From Acidimicrobiales bacterium (GTDB taxonomy: Bacteria > Actinomycetota > Acidimicrobiia > Acidimicrobiales > SZUA-35), in NCBI GenBank assembly GCA_038212405.1, contig JBBQUN010000003.1:1-54358 (forward strand): a stretch of DNA of 54,358 nucleotides, written 5' to 3'. Positions 9,264 to 18,423 of this stretch are shown here, piece after piece. The stretch's first letter is position 1. Each line of letters begins with the position of its first letter. A model generated the notes under the pieces. The model saw only the letters and a list, made by a program, of their open reading frames with translations. It was not told the origin of the DNA and did no database searches. The position numbers were made by a program, and so were the translations under genes.

Positions 9264-10403
9264 ATGGCGTGGATTTCAGAGGGGAAACCGGCGGTTCATA
9301 AGCACCGTGGGCGTTGGGTGGTACGAGAGCCTGGCTACGACACGGTGACCGGCAAGGTCCGCCCGAAGCAGCACGGTACGTTCTCGACGAAACGTGACGC
9401 GCTTGCGCTCGCTCGCAAGGCGGGCGAAGGTCGGATCAGCACATCGGATCAGACGCTCGAGGACTTTCTGTACAAGGTCTGGATTCCGTCGAAGGAGTCT
9501 CGGGTCGAGCAGTCGACGCTGAACCAGTACCTCTGGGCCGTGGACGGACACATCGTGCCGCTCCTCGGCGCAGTGAAGCTGAAGGACATAAGTCCGGAGC
9601 TCATCGACGGCTGGATCCACGACCTCTCACGGGCACCTGCCAGCGGGGGCAAGCCTCGTATCGGCGTGACCTCGACGAGACTCGCCCGCAAGATCCTCTC
9701 GATGGCTCTCCAAGAGGCGGTCCAACGTGATCTGATCGCTAAGAACCCGGTCGCTGCAACCCAGCCGCCCCGTCCGGTCCGTGATGGAGGCCGTCAGAGC
9801 TGGACGGTGGTCGAAGCGCAGACCTTCCTCCGGGCGAGCCGAGATCACCGCCTCTACGGCGTGTTCCACCTGGCGCTGGTCACCGGTATGCGTCGAGGCG
9901 AGCTTCTCGGACTGCGCTGGCGGGATATCGACATGGCAAATGGCCTGATCTCTGTTGAGCAACAGCTCGCCGTGGTTGGAGGGCGCCCGGTGCTCAAGTC
10001 GCTGAAGACGTTGGCCAGCGAACGGTTGCTGACGATCGGTCCTCGAACCGTCGAGCTGCTCAGGGAACGACGAGACCAGCAAACCGAGGAGTATCTGTTC
10101 GCTGGACTCGATCCCCGTGACGCCGACCTCGTGTTCACGAACGAGGTCGGGGGGCTGCTCGATCCGAACAACCTGGGCCGCATCCTGACCCGCCTCGCCG
10201 CCGACGCCGGCGTGCCTCGGATTACGCCGAAGGGTCTGCGGCATACTGCTCAGTCGATCGGCCGAGTCGTCGTCGGCGACGACAAGGTGATGCAGGAACG
10301 ACTCGGCCACGCTGACATCGGCGTCACCCTGAATACGTACACCCACACCGAGACTGAGCAACACCGCCGAGCCGGCGACCTGATTGACGGAGTATTCGAT
10401 TGA
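9264..10403 (+). CDS. Tyrosine recombinase/integrase (ICE integrase)
   Basis: N-terminal arm-binding-like domain, TGMRRGELLGL, PKGLRHT, LGHAD and TYTH catalytic Tyr. Confidence 0.93.
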   Translation: MAWISEGKPAVHKHRGRWVVREPGYDTVTGKVRPKQHGTFSTKRDALALARKAGEGRISTSDQTLEDFLYKVWIPSKESRVEQSTLNQYLWAVDGHIVPLLGAVKLKDISPELIDGWIHDLSRAPASGGKPRIGVTSTRLARKILSMALQEAVQRDLIAKNPVAATQPPRPVRDGGRQSWTVVEAQTFLRASRDHRLYGVFHLALVTGMRRGELLGLRWRDIDMANGLISVEQQLAVVGGRPVLKSLKTLASERLLTIGPRTVELLRERRDQQTEEYLFAGLDPRDADLVFTNEVGGLLDPNNLGRILTRLAADAGVPRITPKGLRHTAQSIGRVVVGDDKVMQERLGHADIGVTLNTYTHTETEQHRRAGDLIDGVFD

Positions 10404-10449
10404 GCGCAAACCCGACAGGACCTTGCTCGAGTTCGTGGATAAGGTCTCG

Positions 10450-12567
10450 ATGACTGGATCGGACTTCATTGGCCAAGCGTCATTCCGGATAGGCGTCAGA
10501 CCTGGCAGAGCGGCCTATCTGGTCGCTGCCGGGAGTGTTCAGGGTGTGAAGCGAGCTGTACAGGAGGCCTGCAGTCGATGGGGCGGCGGGACGGAACCAA
10601 TTATTCCCGTTCGAAAGTCGGGTGTCATCGATCCGATATGGAAGCGAGTCGTCGCACTGTCGGGCGTCGAGGGGGCCGTCAATGTTGATGTAGAAGCCGC
10701 GGTTGCAGACGCTGCTGCCAACAACCTCGGTCTCCCTCTGACAGACCTGCAGTTCATAGACGATTCTGGGATAACCCGATTCTCTCCGCACCCGGCGTCG
10801 GTACGGGCGGAGGGCTCGAGTGCCGAGGTCCATCTGCTCGCCGGGGAGGCTCGAGAGCTATGGGAGGTCGTTGCCGCAGGCGACCTGACCGAGGAGCGGG
10901 TGGCCGAACTCAACGGGAGCGATTTCGTTCTGCGCCGAGCTGCTACCCGCGATGAAATCGGTCGGCAGCAGCTCAGGGGAATGACGCTGGTTCATCGAAC
11001 GCTCAGTCAATTTGCTGAGCGATCAGCGCATGGTTGGACTGGACCATATCCTTCGGTCGTCTGGGTCACGAAGCCCAATGGGCTTCGTGATTGCCTCTTG
11101 TTCTGGAACCTGCGAGCTCTCCGACCTCTGCGGTTTGAAGATACTCCGATGTTGCTTCTGCCTCACGGTGGAACGGAAAGCTGGGTTGACTTCGATCAAT
11201 CCGTTGGTGGTTGGCTGGGTCGTTCAGAGGAGATCACGCCGGATGTCGTGATCGCCACAGCCGCTGTGTCGGACCAGCAAGTCCGGTCGGTTGCAGCAAG
11301 CCTTGGCCTACAGGAAACGACGGCTGACTACTCGTCGAAAAGGCGCTTCTTCAAGCCGATCGCACCGAGAACACCACCCTTCACGTATCGGACGGACCTG
11401 GACGTCCGGTCCTTTGTGAGCTTCGACCGTACGTACGGCACCGTCGCGGAAGTGACTGCGCAGCTCTTCAGGAACGGGACGCGCATCGAGGTTGAGTCGC
11501 CAGTTCATTTCGTTCACACATGCAGGTTTTTGGTGGACGTCTCGGGTACGCCATTCGACAACATCCCACGTCGGAGCGAGACCGCATTACTCGTGTCACC
11601 TGACGCAGTCTGGTCCGACGATCGGCTCCAGTTGGCGATATCTGGAGGGAAGAAGATCTCGCTACAACTAAGGTTGCCGTCCCTTGAGGATGCCGCCCGA
11701 GCAACGCTCGACGCTGCGGTACTGGATTGGTCGCTTTCCGACAAGGGGCAGATCGCTCAAAGGTTGAGAGACAAGACATCCGATCGCCACCTTCTGGAAG
11801 GTGAATCTCAGCGTCTTCTGGCGAAGCTCACAACGCCTCGCTCGAAGGGGTTCACACGAGAGCTGACTCGAATGCGAGAGAACGGTCACCCTGACTTGGA
11901 CCTCGCAGAAATCGCATCAGAGTGGGGTGGGCGCGCCGAACGACGTCATCTGTCCGTCGCTCAGCTGGTGGGTAGCGCCAATTCTGACACTGTACGGCTT
12001 CTAGAGCGACTCACTTCAGCTGGCTGGATCGAGCGCGGTTTCCAGATTCGGTGTGAGCTCTGTGGCCTAAAGTCATTCGTCCCGTTGGCTGAAACGGCAG
12101 CCCAACCGGCATGTCCAGCGTGTGGAGCGCCTGAGCAATACGTGACGAATGGTGGTGGCCCCGAAGTTCGCTATCGCCTCAACGCAATAGTTGACCGAGC
12201 ATCTGACCAGGGTGTGATGTCACACCTTGCCGCCGACTTTGTGCTCCAGAATTCGGACAGACCGGGCTTTCTCTTTCTCGGCGTCGACGTTCGCCTGGCT
12301 GATGGGTCCAGGCACGAGGTCGACCTGTTTGGTGTCCACGGTGGGCTAGTCGTTGCGGGTGAGGCAAAGTCGTCCCCTCAGGAGTTCGACTCAGCGCAGC
12401 TGAGGAGAGATGTCGGCCTGTCGAAGGCGCTAGGAGCGGATGCACACTTGCTGGTGTGCTCGCGAGCGATTGAGCAACAGAAGGTTGTGGAAGCCTGGGA
12501 GTTGTGTCAGCAGAACGAGATTCAGCTGGCAGTCGTGGAGCAGGACACCGTGCGGTGGATCGACTGA
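10450..12567 (+). CDS. Large hypothetical protein with C-terminal Zn ribbon and PD-(D/E)xK-like nuclease domain
   Basis: CELC...CPAC and EVDLFG...GEAKS. Start re-called at MTGSDF after GGATAAGG. Confidence 0.65.
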   Translation: MTGSDFIGQASFRIGVRPGRAAYLVAAGSVQGVKRAVQEACSRWGGGTEPIIPVRKSGVIDPIWKRVVALSGVEGAVNVDVEAAVADAAANNLGLPLTDLQFIDDSGITRFSPHPASVRAEGSSAEVHLLAGEARELWEVVAAGDLTEERVAELNGSDFVLRRAATRDEIGRQQLRGMTLVHRTLSQFAERSAHGWTGPYPSVVWVTKPNGLRDCLLFWNLRALRPLRFEDTPMLLLPHGGTESWVDFDQSVGGWLGRSEEITPDVVIATAAVSDQQVRSVAASLGLQETTADYSSKRRFFKPIAPRTPPFTYRTDLDVRSFVSFDRTYGTVAEVTAQLFRNGTRIEVESPVHFVHTCRFLVDVSGTPFDNIPRRSETALLVSPDAVWSDDRLQLAISGGKKISLQLRLPSLEDAARATLDAAVLDWSLSDKGQIAQRLRDKTSDRHLLEGESQRLLAKLTTPRSKGFTRELTRMRENGHPDLDLAEIASEWGGRAERRHLSVAQLVGSANSDTVRLLERLTSAGWIERGFQIRCELCGLKSFVPLAETAAQPACPACGAPEQYVTNGGGPEVRYRLNAIVDRASDQGVMSHLAADFVLQNSDRPGFLFLGVDVRLADGSRHEVDLFGVHGGLVVAGEAKSSPQEFDSAQLRRDVGLSKALGADAHLLVCSRAIEQQKVVEAWELCQQNEIQLAVVEQDTVRWID

Positions 12568-12719
12568 CTTTCCAGTCAGACCTGTCGAGTTGCGAGTGCA
12601 CTCGCGGAAGGTGCCTCGGTGGCAGTGGGGGGCGTGCGTCGGTCAGATCATCGTCGCCCGAGCGGCCTTTCCGGTGGAGTAACCCCGTTTCGATGCGCAT
12701 CGAAACGCCGGATCGAGGC

Positions 12720-14420
12720 TCAGCCGTCTGTAACCAGCCGTTGGAAGCGTACGCAGCGCCCCGGCGTGGTTAGGACATGCACGATTCTGTCGTTCTTGGG
12801 AATCTGCTGGTGAAGTATCGGGCTGTCAAGAACGATGCCCACTCGGCCGAGGTCTAGAGTTTCTCCGGCGATGTCGACGGTCAACGGCACCGTGATTGTC
12901 AACATGCCCGAGAGGTCCGACTCTGACAGCTCCTGGTCGAGGTCAATGAGCAGCTGATGCCCTTCAGGGTAGGTGCGGGTCACGTCCTCATTGCGCAGGA
13001 TGCTCGCAACCAACCTCCACTGCTCAACTTGCCGATCATCGATTTCATCGATATCGGGGACCCGCACAACCGTTGAAGTGTGCTGTTGAATCGTCAGGAG
13101 GTCTTCGGTGAGCTGGAACACCGCAGCAAGGTGGCTAGCTGCTTCATCTGGCCAATCGATGCCAAGACCGGGGTCGAGGACTCCGCGTTCTGGAGGCGTG
13201 TGCCTGGTGCTGAGCCTGCCAACATTCGGAGCGTGGCAGTGAGTGAGAAACCCTAGTGCCGAGTGGACTGCTGCAACCGGCGATCCGGCGAAGTCGCCGT
13301 AGCGGATGTTGCGGGAGCCGCTCCGTTCTTCGAGGTTGTATCGATCCTCCAGAACGAAGATGCCGCCGACCTCTTGCAGCACGACTCGGACGCCAGACCT
13401 GCCTTCACTTCGTTCGATTCGCACGACATCGGCCGATGCGAGGACGGCGCCATCTGGATTGAGAACCTCGATGTGAATCTCGGGATTATCGCCCAGACCT
13501 GCGGCGGCAGTGAACGATGTGACGCTGGCGCCGTCTACTCGACCACCGAGCCCGGCTGGTGCGTCAATCTCTCCGTGAAAGACCCCTCCGGGACTTTTGA
13601 ACGGCGCTCCAAACGAGATGAAGGCGCAGAGATCCTCAGTGAAAGCGTCGTTGCGGTTCACAACGAACTTGCCCGTGATCGTGATGGGTCGGACTGTCGT
13701 GGACGCAGCACAACGCGCAATGATGTCGACCGCTGCCCAGCGCCCGAGTTCGCCCTGCCCCACTATTGTGGTCATAACTAGCCCGGGTCGCTGCGTCCCC
13801 GCCGGAAGCGGGCCTTCTCCGAAGCGGAGCTCGTAGCGGTAGTGAGGATCGGTATCGAGGCTTGGTAGCGCCTTCTGGATTCGATCGACGATCTCAGGAA
13901 CTGCGAGGGCCGTGCCTTTGCTGTCGACTCGGTCAAGCGCCATGACGGTCTGGTAGGCCTCTTCTATTCGGGTTGCGCCCCCGTGGAGGTAGTAGTCGAT
14001 GACATCGGGGTATTTAGCGGCGAGCTGCTCGACGTAGGTGAACCCGCGCCAGATCGCACGGATCCTGAGCCGATCTGCAAGTTCTGCAAGCCAGTTGTAC
14101 GCCTCCGGCGTGGGGTCCCAAGGTGTCACGAGGTACCAGGCCCCAACCCGCAGATCGGCCCAACGCGGATCAGAGTTGAGAGTGCTCATCGAACTCTCAA
14201 CTTCGGACTTCTGTCGGGAGGTGAGCGGGCCTGTGTACCTCTTTACCTGGTAGACCACGTCAGTGCCTTCCGGGCCTGCGTCGCGGTCGAGGATGTCGAC
14301 TCCCCCGTCACCGGCGGATGGAGTGATGCGCACAGAATTCGGTTGCTCTCGGTTGACGAACATCGCTACGACCGCTTCAACGTCGTTGCCCTCTAATCGC
14401 GTCCACTCCACCCGAGACAT
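12720..14420 (-). CDS. Mrr/restriction-endonuclease-like N-terminal domain protein
   Basis: E..V..M...GDGGVDI...YQVKRY (D...QxK-type PD-(D/E)xK). C-terminal ~400 aa unrecognised. Confidence 0.7.
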   Translation of the reverse strand: MSRVEWTRLEGNDVEAVVAMFVNREQPNSVRITPSAGDGGVDILDRDAGPEGTDVVYQVKRYTGPLTSRQKSEVESSMSTLNSDPRWADLRVGAWYLVTPWDPTPEAYNWLAELADRLRIRAIWRGFTYVEQLAAKYPDVIDYYLHGGATRIEEAYQTVMALDRVDSKGTALAVPEIVDRIQKALPSLDTDPHYRYELRFGEGPLPAGTQRPGLVMTTIVGQGELGRWAAVDIIARCAASTTVRPITITGKFVVNRNDAFTEDLCAFISFGAPFKSPGGVFHGEIDAPAGLGGRVDGASVTSFTAAAGLGDNPEIHIEVLNPDGAVLASADVVRIERSEGRSGVRVVLQEVGGIFVLEDRYNLEERSGSRNIRYGDFAGSPVAAVHSALGFLTHCHAPNVGRLSTRHTPPERGVLDPGLGIDWPDEAASHLAAVFQLTEDLLTIQQHTSTVVRVPDIDEIDDRQVEQWRLVASILRNEDVTRTYPEGHQLLIDLDQELSESDLSGMLTITVPLTVDIAGETLDLGRVGIVLDSPILHQQIPKNDRIVHVLTTPGRCVRFQRLVTDG

Positions 14421-14525
14421 GGCCACCAGCATGCCCCAAAAGCCGGCTCCTCATCGGAGCCCGACTAGTGTGAGTGTGTTCTGGAGCGCCCGTGGGCTTT
14501 GTGTCTCGGAAATCGGCCTCGCGCA

Positions 14526-14732
14526 TTATGCCGACTCTGCCTGCGGTTGCTCGAGCATCCGAAGCAGCGACGTGAGTGGGATCACGATTCGTCGACCGAG
14601 ACGGACGGACGGTATGCGGCCTTGGCGGACAAGCTCGTACGCCGTCGATCTCGAGATGCCGAGAATATCGGCAGCTTCGACCACCGTGAGGGTTCGAGGG
14701 TCCTTGCGGGATCGGTCTTGAGAGATGAGCAT
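14526..14732 (-). CDS. Excisionase-like helix-turn-helix protein
   Basis: LTVVEAADILGISRSTAYELVRQGRIPSVRLGRRIVIP; GGAGG RBS upstream. Confidence 0.88.
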   Translation of the reverse strand: MLISQDRSRKDPRTLTVVEAADILGISRSTAYELVRQGRIPSVRLGRRIVIPLTSLLRMLEQPQAESA

Positions 14733-14758
14733 GAGTTCCTCCGTTGATAGTCAGGTGT

Positions 14759-15934
14759 TCAGTGCAAGGTCGAGGTCAGCCATGCCGACCAGTCGGTGTC
14801 GACTTGGCCGCCGATGCAGCCGCTGCTCGGTGACGACAGCGGGTTGATCGGTCGGCTCCGGATGATCGACAGCAGCACGGGCTGCGGGCAGAGCGCTCGG
14901 CCCTGACCTCGAAGACTCAGATGCAGGTGAGGTCCGGTCGTGTTGCCTGCGCCGGGCGCACCTGGCTGGCCGCCTGTGGCACCGATCGGCTGACCGGCTG
15001 TCACTTGATCGCCAGCGGCGATCGACACCGCCGAGAGGTGGCAGTAGGTGTAGCGGACCGAGTCGACTCCCTCGATTGTGATCGTGCTTCCGCAACGACC
15101 GTCGGCGCTGCCGGGCACGAAGACAGCGGCGGACTTGAGTGCAGTCGTGACGACTCCGTCCACCATTGCGAAAACCGGCGTTCCGACGGGGAGTCCGATG
15201 TCGATTGCGGCGTAGTCGTGGTGGGGCCGAATCGCCTGGGCCTCGGTTAGACCAATGACTGGCAGCGCGTAGCCAGCGATCGGCACGGCGGTCACGGCGC
15301 CGGTGTAGGTCTCGGCCCACTCGAGCACGAGATCGACATACGCAGTCGAGTGGTTGTAGCTGAAGACGGTCGCCTCGATGTCGGTGATCGTTCCAGTTGG
15401 GCAGAGATGGCGGACGGCTGCCGGGACTGCGTCAAAGACGTTGTGCGGGTCCCTCACCCCGTCGCCATTGCCGTCCACGCCGAAGGTGCGCCACGAACTC
15501 GGGATGAACTGGAACGGACCGACCGCTCGATCCCACACGGTGTCGCCATCGAGCCGACCCTCGTCGGTGTCGCGGATCACCGCAGTGTTGTTGGAGCCGT
15601 TGAGGGCGATGCCGATGATTGGCGGCATGATCCGCCCGTCGATGCCGATCGTTGCGCCGTCGTACCGGCCGTGGTTCGACTCGACCTTGCCGATCCCAGC
15701 GATCACCGTCCACGGCAAGCCGACGCAACTCCTTGCTGCCTCGATGTAGATCGGTAGGAGGATGGCTGGGATGTCGGCAATCGCATCTTCAGACGGGCTG
15801 ACGCCGATCACGCCGGCAGCGGCGCGTTCTGCCTCGGTGGCGGCCGAGATCGTCGGGACGAGCACGAGGATCGCCAGCATCATTGCGACCACGACAGCGA
15901 AGGTGGCGCCAAAGATGATCTTGACCACGATCAT
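14759..15934 (-). CDS. Conjugative peptidoglycan hydrolase: lytic transglycosylase + M23 peptidase
   Basis: IGKVESNHG, AVGPFQFIPSSW and YNHS (SLT-like); HHDYAAID, YCHL and GPHLH (M23); N-terminal TM. ATGA overlap with the upstream gene. Confidence 0.9.
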   Translation of the reverse strand: MIVVKIIFGATFAVVVAMMLAILVLVPTISAATEAERAAAGVIGVSPSEDAIADIPAILLPIYIEAARSCVGLPWTVIAGIGKVESNHGRYDGATIGIDGRIMPPIIGIALNGSNNTAVIRDTDEGRLDGDTVWDRAVGPFQFIPSSWRTFGVDGNGDGVRDPHNVFDAVPAAVRHLCPTGTITDIEATVFSYNHSTAYVDLVLEWAETYTGAVTAVPIAGYALPVIGLTEAQAIRPHHDYAAIDIGLPVGTPVFAMVDGVVTTALKSAAVFVPGSADGRCGSTITIEGVDSVRYTYCHLSAVSIAAGDQVTAGQPIGATGGQPGAPGAGNTTGPHLHLSLRGQGRALCPQPVLLSIIRSRPINPLSSPSSGCIGGQVDTDWSAWLTSTLH

Positions 15935-16530
15935 CGGGTGGCGATTGAGATGCCGACGACCTGCCAACCCGATGACATCTCGACCAGTACGAGATCGAAC
16001 CTCAAACGCTGAGGCTCGAGGGTGGAGCTAGGTTCGAGGTCGATCGACACTTCGGCAATCGCGCTGCCACCCGCTACCTCGATCGAACTGCCGATGACCA
16101 TGGCCGAATTGAAAGCCGACGACTGCCCGCTCGTTGCTCGAGTCAGCTCGCCAAGGCAGTCAGGGCTGACGTAGCCCTCGAGCTCCGATGCGCTGTTTCC
16201 GCCAGCGACAACAGTGATCGCTACCCACTCGGCCACGTCGAGCGGCGCTGCTCCCATCGGTGGTGGTTGCGGCATCGTCCACGCAGCCCTTGGGGCATCG
16301 AACGCGTCGTGGAACTCCTCAGCGATCGACATCTCGTCCGGCCCGGCCGTCACAACGAGTGAGGTCGACGGAAACGTCGAGATCAGCTTGAAGTCCGCTA
16401 TTTGGGCGGCTTCCCGCTCATTGGCCTCACGCTGCGCGGACGGCGCGAAGGTTTGTGGGACCCCAATCTCGGCCGGGCCAGAACATGCGGTGAGGCAGAT
16501 CGTGAATACCGCGAAGGTGTTGAGCTTCAT
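15931..16530 (-). CDS. Putative lipoprotein with C-terminal NTF2/TcpC-like ending
   Basis: Signal peptide with lipobox LTAC; ends ...LVLVEMSSGWQV. Start follows the promoter motif by 5 nt. Confidence 0.6.
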   Translation of the reverse strand: MKLNTFAVFTICLTACSGPAEIGVPQTFAPSAQREANEREAAQIADFKLISTFPSTSLVVTAGPDEMSIAEEFHDAFDAPRAAWTMPQPPPMGAAPLDVAEWVAITVVAGGNSASELEGYVSPDCLGELTRATSGQSSAFNSAMVIGSSIEVAGGSAIAEVSIDLEPSSTLEPQRLRFDLVLVEMSSGWQVVGISIATR

Positions 16531-16533
16531 GGC

Positions 16534-16568
16534 CAAACGAGGGACACCGGAAGCGGTCTCGTCGGACA
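16534..16568 (-). promoter_or_regulatory. Element promoter motif copy 1 (lipoprotein-hydrolase-xis operon)
   Basis: TGTCCGAC-N15-GTCCCTCGTTTG; ATG 5 nt after CGTT. Confidence 0.8.
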
Positions 16569-16572
16569 AGTC

Positions 16573-16592
16573 GTCGGAGAGAAATCTCCGAC
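16573..16592. repeat. Inverted repeat between divergent promoters
   Basis: GTCGGAGA-GAAA-TCTCCGAC. The half-site differs from the TGTCCGAC box by one base. Confidence 0.6.
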
Positions 16593-16595
16593 CGC

Positions 16596-16630
16596 TGTCC
16601 GATCACGGGGGTGCGATGGTCCCTCGTTGG
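16596..16630 (+). promoter_or_regulatory. Element promoter motif copy 2 (Tad operon)
   Basis: TGTCCGAT-N15-GTCCCTCGTTGG; ATG 6 nt after CGTT. Confidence 0.8.
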
Positions 16631-16634
16631 GTTG

Positions 16635-16901
16635 ATGACGACCTTCAAACGATCCACAGAATCACCCGTTGCCCGTCAGCGAGATGACCACTTACCGTGG
16701 CATCTTGTGACAGTCGACACCTCGTGGGTCGAAGTCTTTCGCAATAGCTCGGTGGCGGCTCACCCTTCCAGCAATCCGACTGACGGCGGTAGCCTCGGCG
16801 GTAGATCACCGCTCGAAGACGCGGCCCGGCCGACACCGCCCCTGGCGATCGGCAACAGTCTTCCTCTCGGCTCCTGCCTTCTCGAGAGGAAGCACTCATG
16901 A
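16635..16901 (+). CDS. Putative leaderless small protein (88 aa) heading the Tad operon
   Basis: ATG sits at the predicted transcription start; stop overlaps the next gene as ATGA. Confidence 0.45.
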   Translation: MTTFKRSTESPVARQRDDHLPWHLVTVDTSWVEVFRNSSVAAHPSSNPTDGGSLGGRSPLEDAARPTPPLAIGNSLPLGSCLLERKHS

Positions 16902-17491
16902 TCTCCCGCCCCCGCATTGCCCTTCTGTTCGGCACGCTCCTCGTCGCCTCGGCTTGTACCTCAGGCTCTGACTCGGTCGAAGAAACTACGACGACCACAG
17001 TGGCCGTCACCGCCACATCGGTCGCAACCACCGTGGCCACAACGACGACTTCGACGACGGCCGCAGCTGCCACCGACAATGAGTCTCTGGTGGCCGACGC
17101 TCACACCCGTTTCCTGACCGAGGTCTTCGCCGTTGACGAACGGACCGACGGTGTCGAATCCACGCTGGATCTGGTCCGCCAGCTCACGACTGGGGCGCAG
17201 CTCACACGGATGGAACAATCGGCCGCCGATCGGATTGCTAGCGGCGAAGCTCTGGTCGGTCCTGGCTACGACTCGCACATCGTTTCGATCGAGGTTGCCG
17301 GGGATCGGGCCACCGTCGTCGATTGTTCGCAGGACCGGACGGCTCTCTTCGATGCGGCCGGAGTCGAGACGATCGCCGCCGACGACTTCTACAAGCTCCG
17401 CGAGACCCGCCTGATCAACGTCGATGGCACCTGGCTGATCGAGGAGTTCATTACTGGAGGGGACAGCAGATGCGATCCCGCCGACGGATAG
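16898..17491 (+). CDS. Secreted lipoprotein (Tad-locus associated)
   Basis: Lipobox ASAC, Thr-rich linker, ATVVDC...GTWLIEE domain. Confidence 0.8.
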   Translation: MISRPRIALLFGTLLVASACTSGSDSVEETTTTTVAVTATSVATTVATTTTSTTAAAATDNESLVADAHTRFLTEVFAVDERTDGVESTLDLVRQLTTGAQLTRMEQSAADRIASGEALVGPGYDSHIVSIEVAGDRATVVDCSQDRTALFDAAGVETIAADDFYKLRETRLINVDGTWLIEEFITGGDSRCDPADG

Positions 17492-18423
17492 TCCGAGTCG
17501 CCATAGCGAGCGGCCTGGCGGTGTTGGCCGTTCTGGGCCCTTCGGCTCCGGCATCGGCTGGCGCAGGCGATGGTGAGGGCAACGTCTTCATCACCGCAGG
17601 GAATGGGCCATCCGGACCCGAGGTGTTCGTGACCGGCGTCGAGGGCACGACGAGTGTCATCGGAGCCGAGATGCCCGCATGGCTTCGGCAGTGCACATGG
17701 CGGACGTTCACTCGAATCGACATCGATGCCACGTACGCCCAGTACACCGGTGCAAGTCCCCGAAGCGCAGATGAGTACCTTGCTGCCGGTGAGTCCCCCG
17801 ACGAGGAGTGGGCCGCCGTGCTCTGCAACCCAGGCTCCGGGGCGATCGGCGTCAACCCGGGTGTGATCCTCACCGGAATTCTCGATGCGTGGCCGCTCGG
17901 CACTCAGCCCCCGCAGATCATCCTCGACTGGATCATCGCCCGCTCCTATGCGGCCGTCGAGATCCCGGTGCCTGCTGCTCAGACTGCTCCGTTTGGTGAC
18001 GATGCAGCGCCGATGATCGCTCAGCTCGCTACCTGGGGCTGGATCGAAGCAGACGTCTGGCAACCGGTCAGCGCAACACCGGCACCGGTGTTCGGCGTGA
18101 CCGCAACGGCCACGGCAACGCCGTACGACCTGGTGTTCCAGGGATCTGATGGGCAGGTCGTCAACTGCGGCGCCAACGGCGGACCGGCATACGACTTCAC
18201 CCGCTCCGACGACAACCAATCGAGCGACTGCACGCTCACTTTCGAGCATTCCAGCGCCGTTGCCGATCACGAAGTGCGAGCAACGATTCGTTGGTCGGTC
18301 GCCTACGTCTGCAGCCAGTACTGCGGCTCGGGGACCCTGCCCGACTACGTGATCACCAGCGTTCGCTCGGTTCGCGTCGCCGAGCTCCAAGCCATTGCGA
18401 CCTCCATAGGAAATGGGACATGA
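17470..18423 (+). CDS. Secreted Cys-containing protein (actinobacterial Tad-locus, PKD-like C-terminus)
   Basis: Signal peptide ending ASA; TATATP...C..G.PAY...SDC...W.V.Y...V.VAELQAI pattern. ATGA overlap with next gene. Confidence 0.7.
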   Translation: MRSRRRIVRVAIASGLAVLAVLGPSAPASAGAGDGEGNVFITAGNGPSGPEVFVTGVEGTTSVIGAEMPAWLRQCTWRTFTRIDIDATYAQYTGASPRSADEYLAAGESPDEEWAAVLCNPGSGAIGVNPGVILTGILDAWPLGTQPPQIILDWIIARSYAAVEIPVPAAQTAPFGDDAAPMIAQLATWGWIEADVWQPVSATPAPVFGVTATATATPYDLVFQGSDGQVVNCGANGGPAYDFTRSDDNQSSDCTLTFEHSSAVADHEVRATIRWSVAYVCSQYCGSGTLPDYVITSVRSVRVAELQAIATSIGNGT

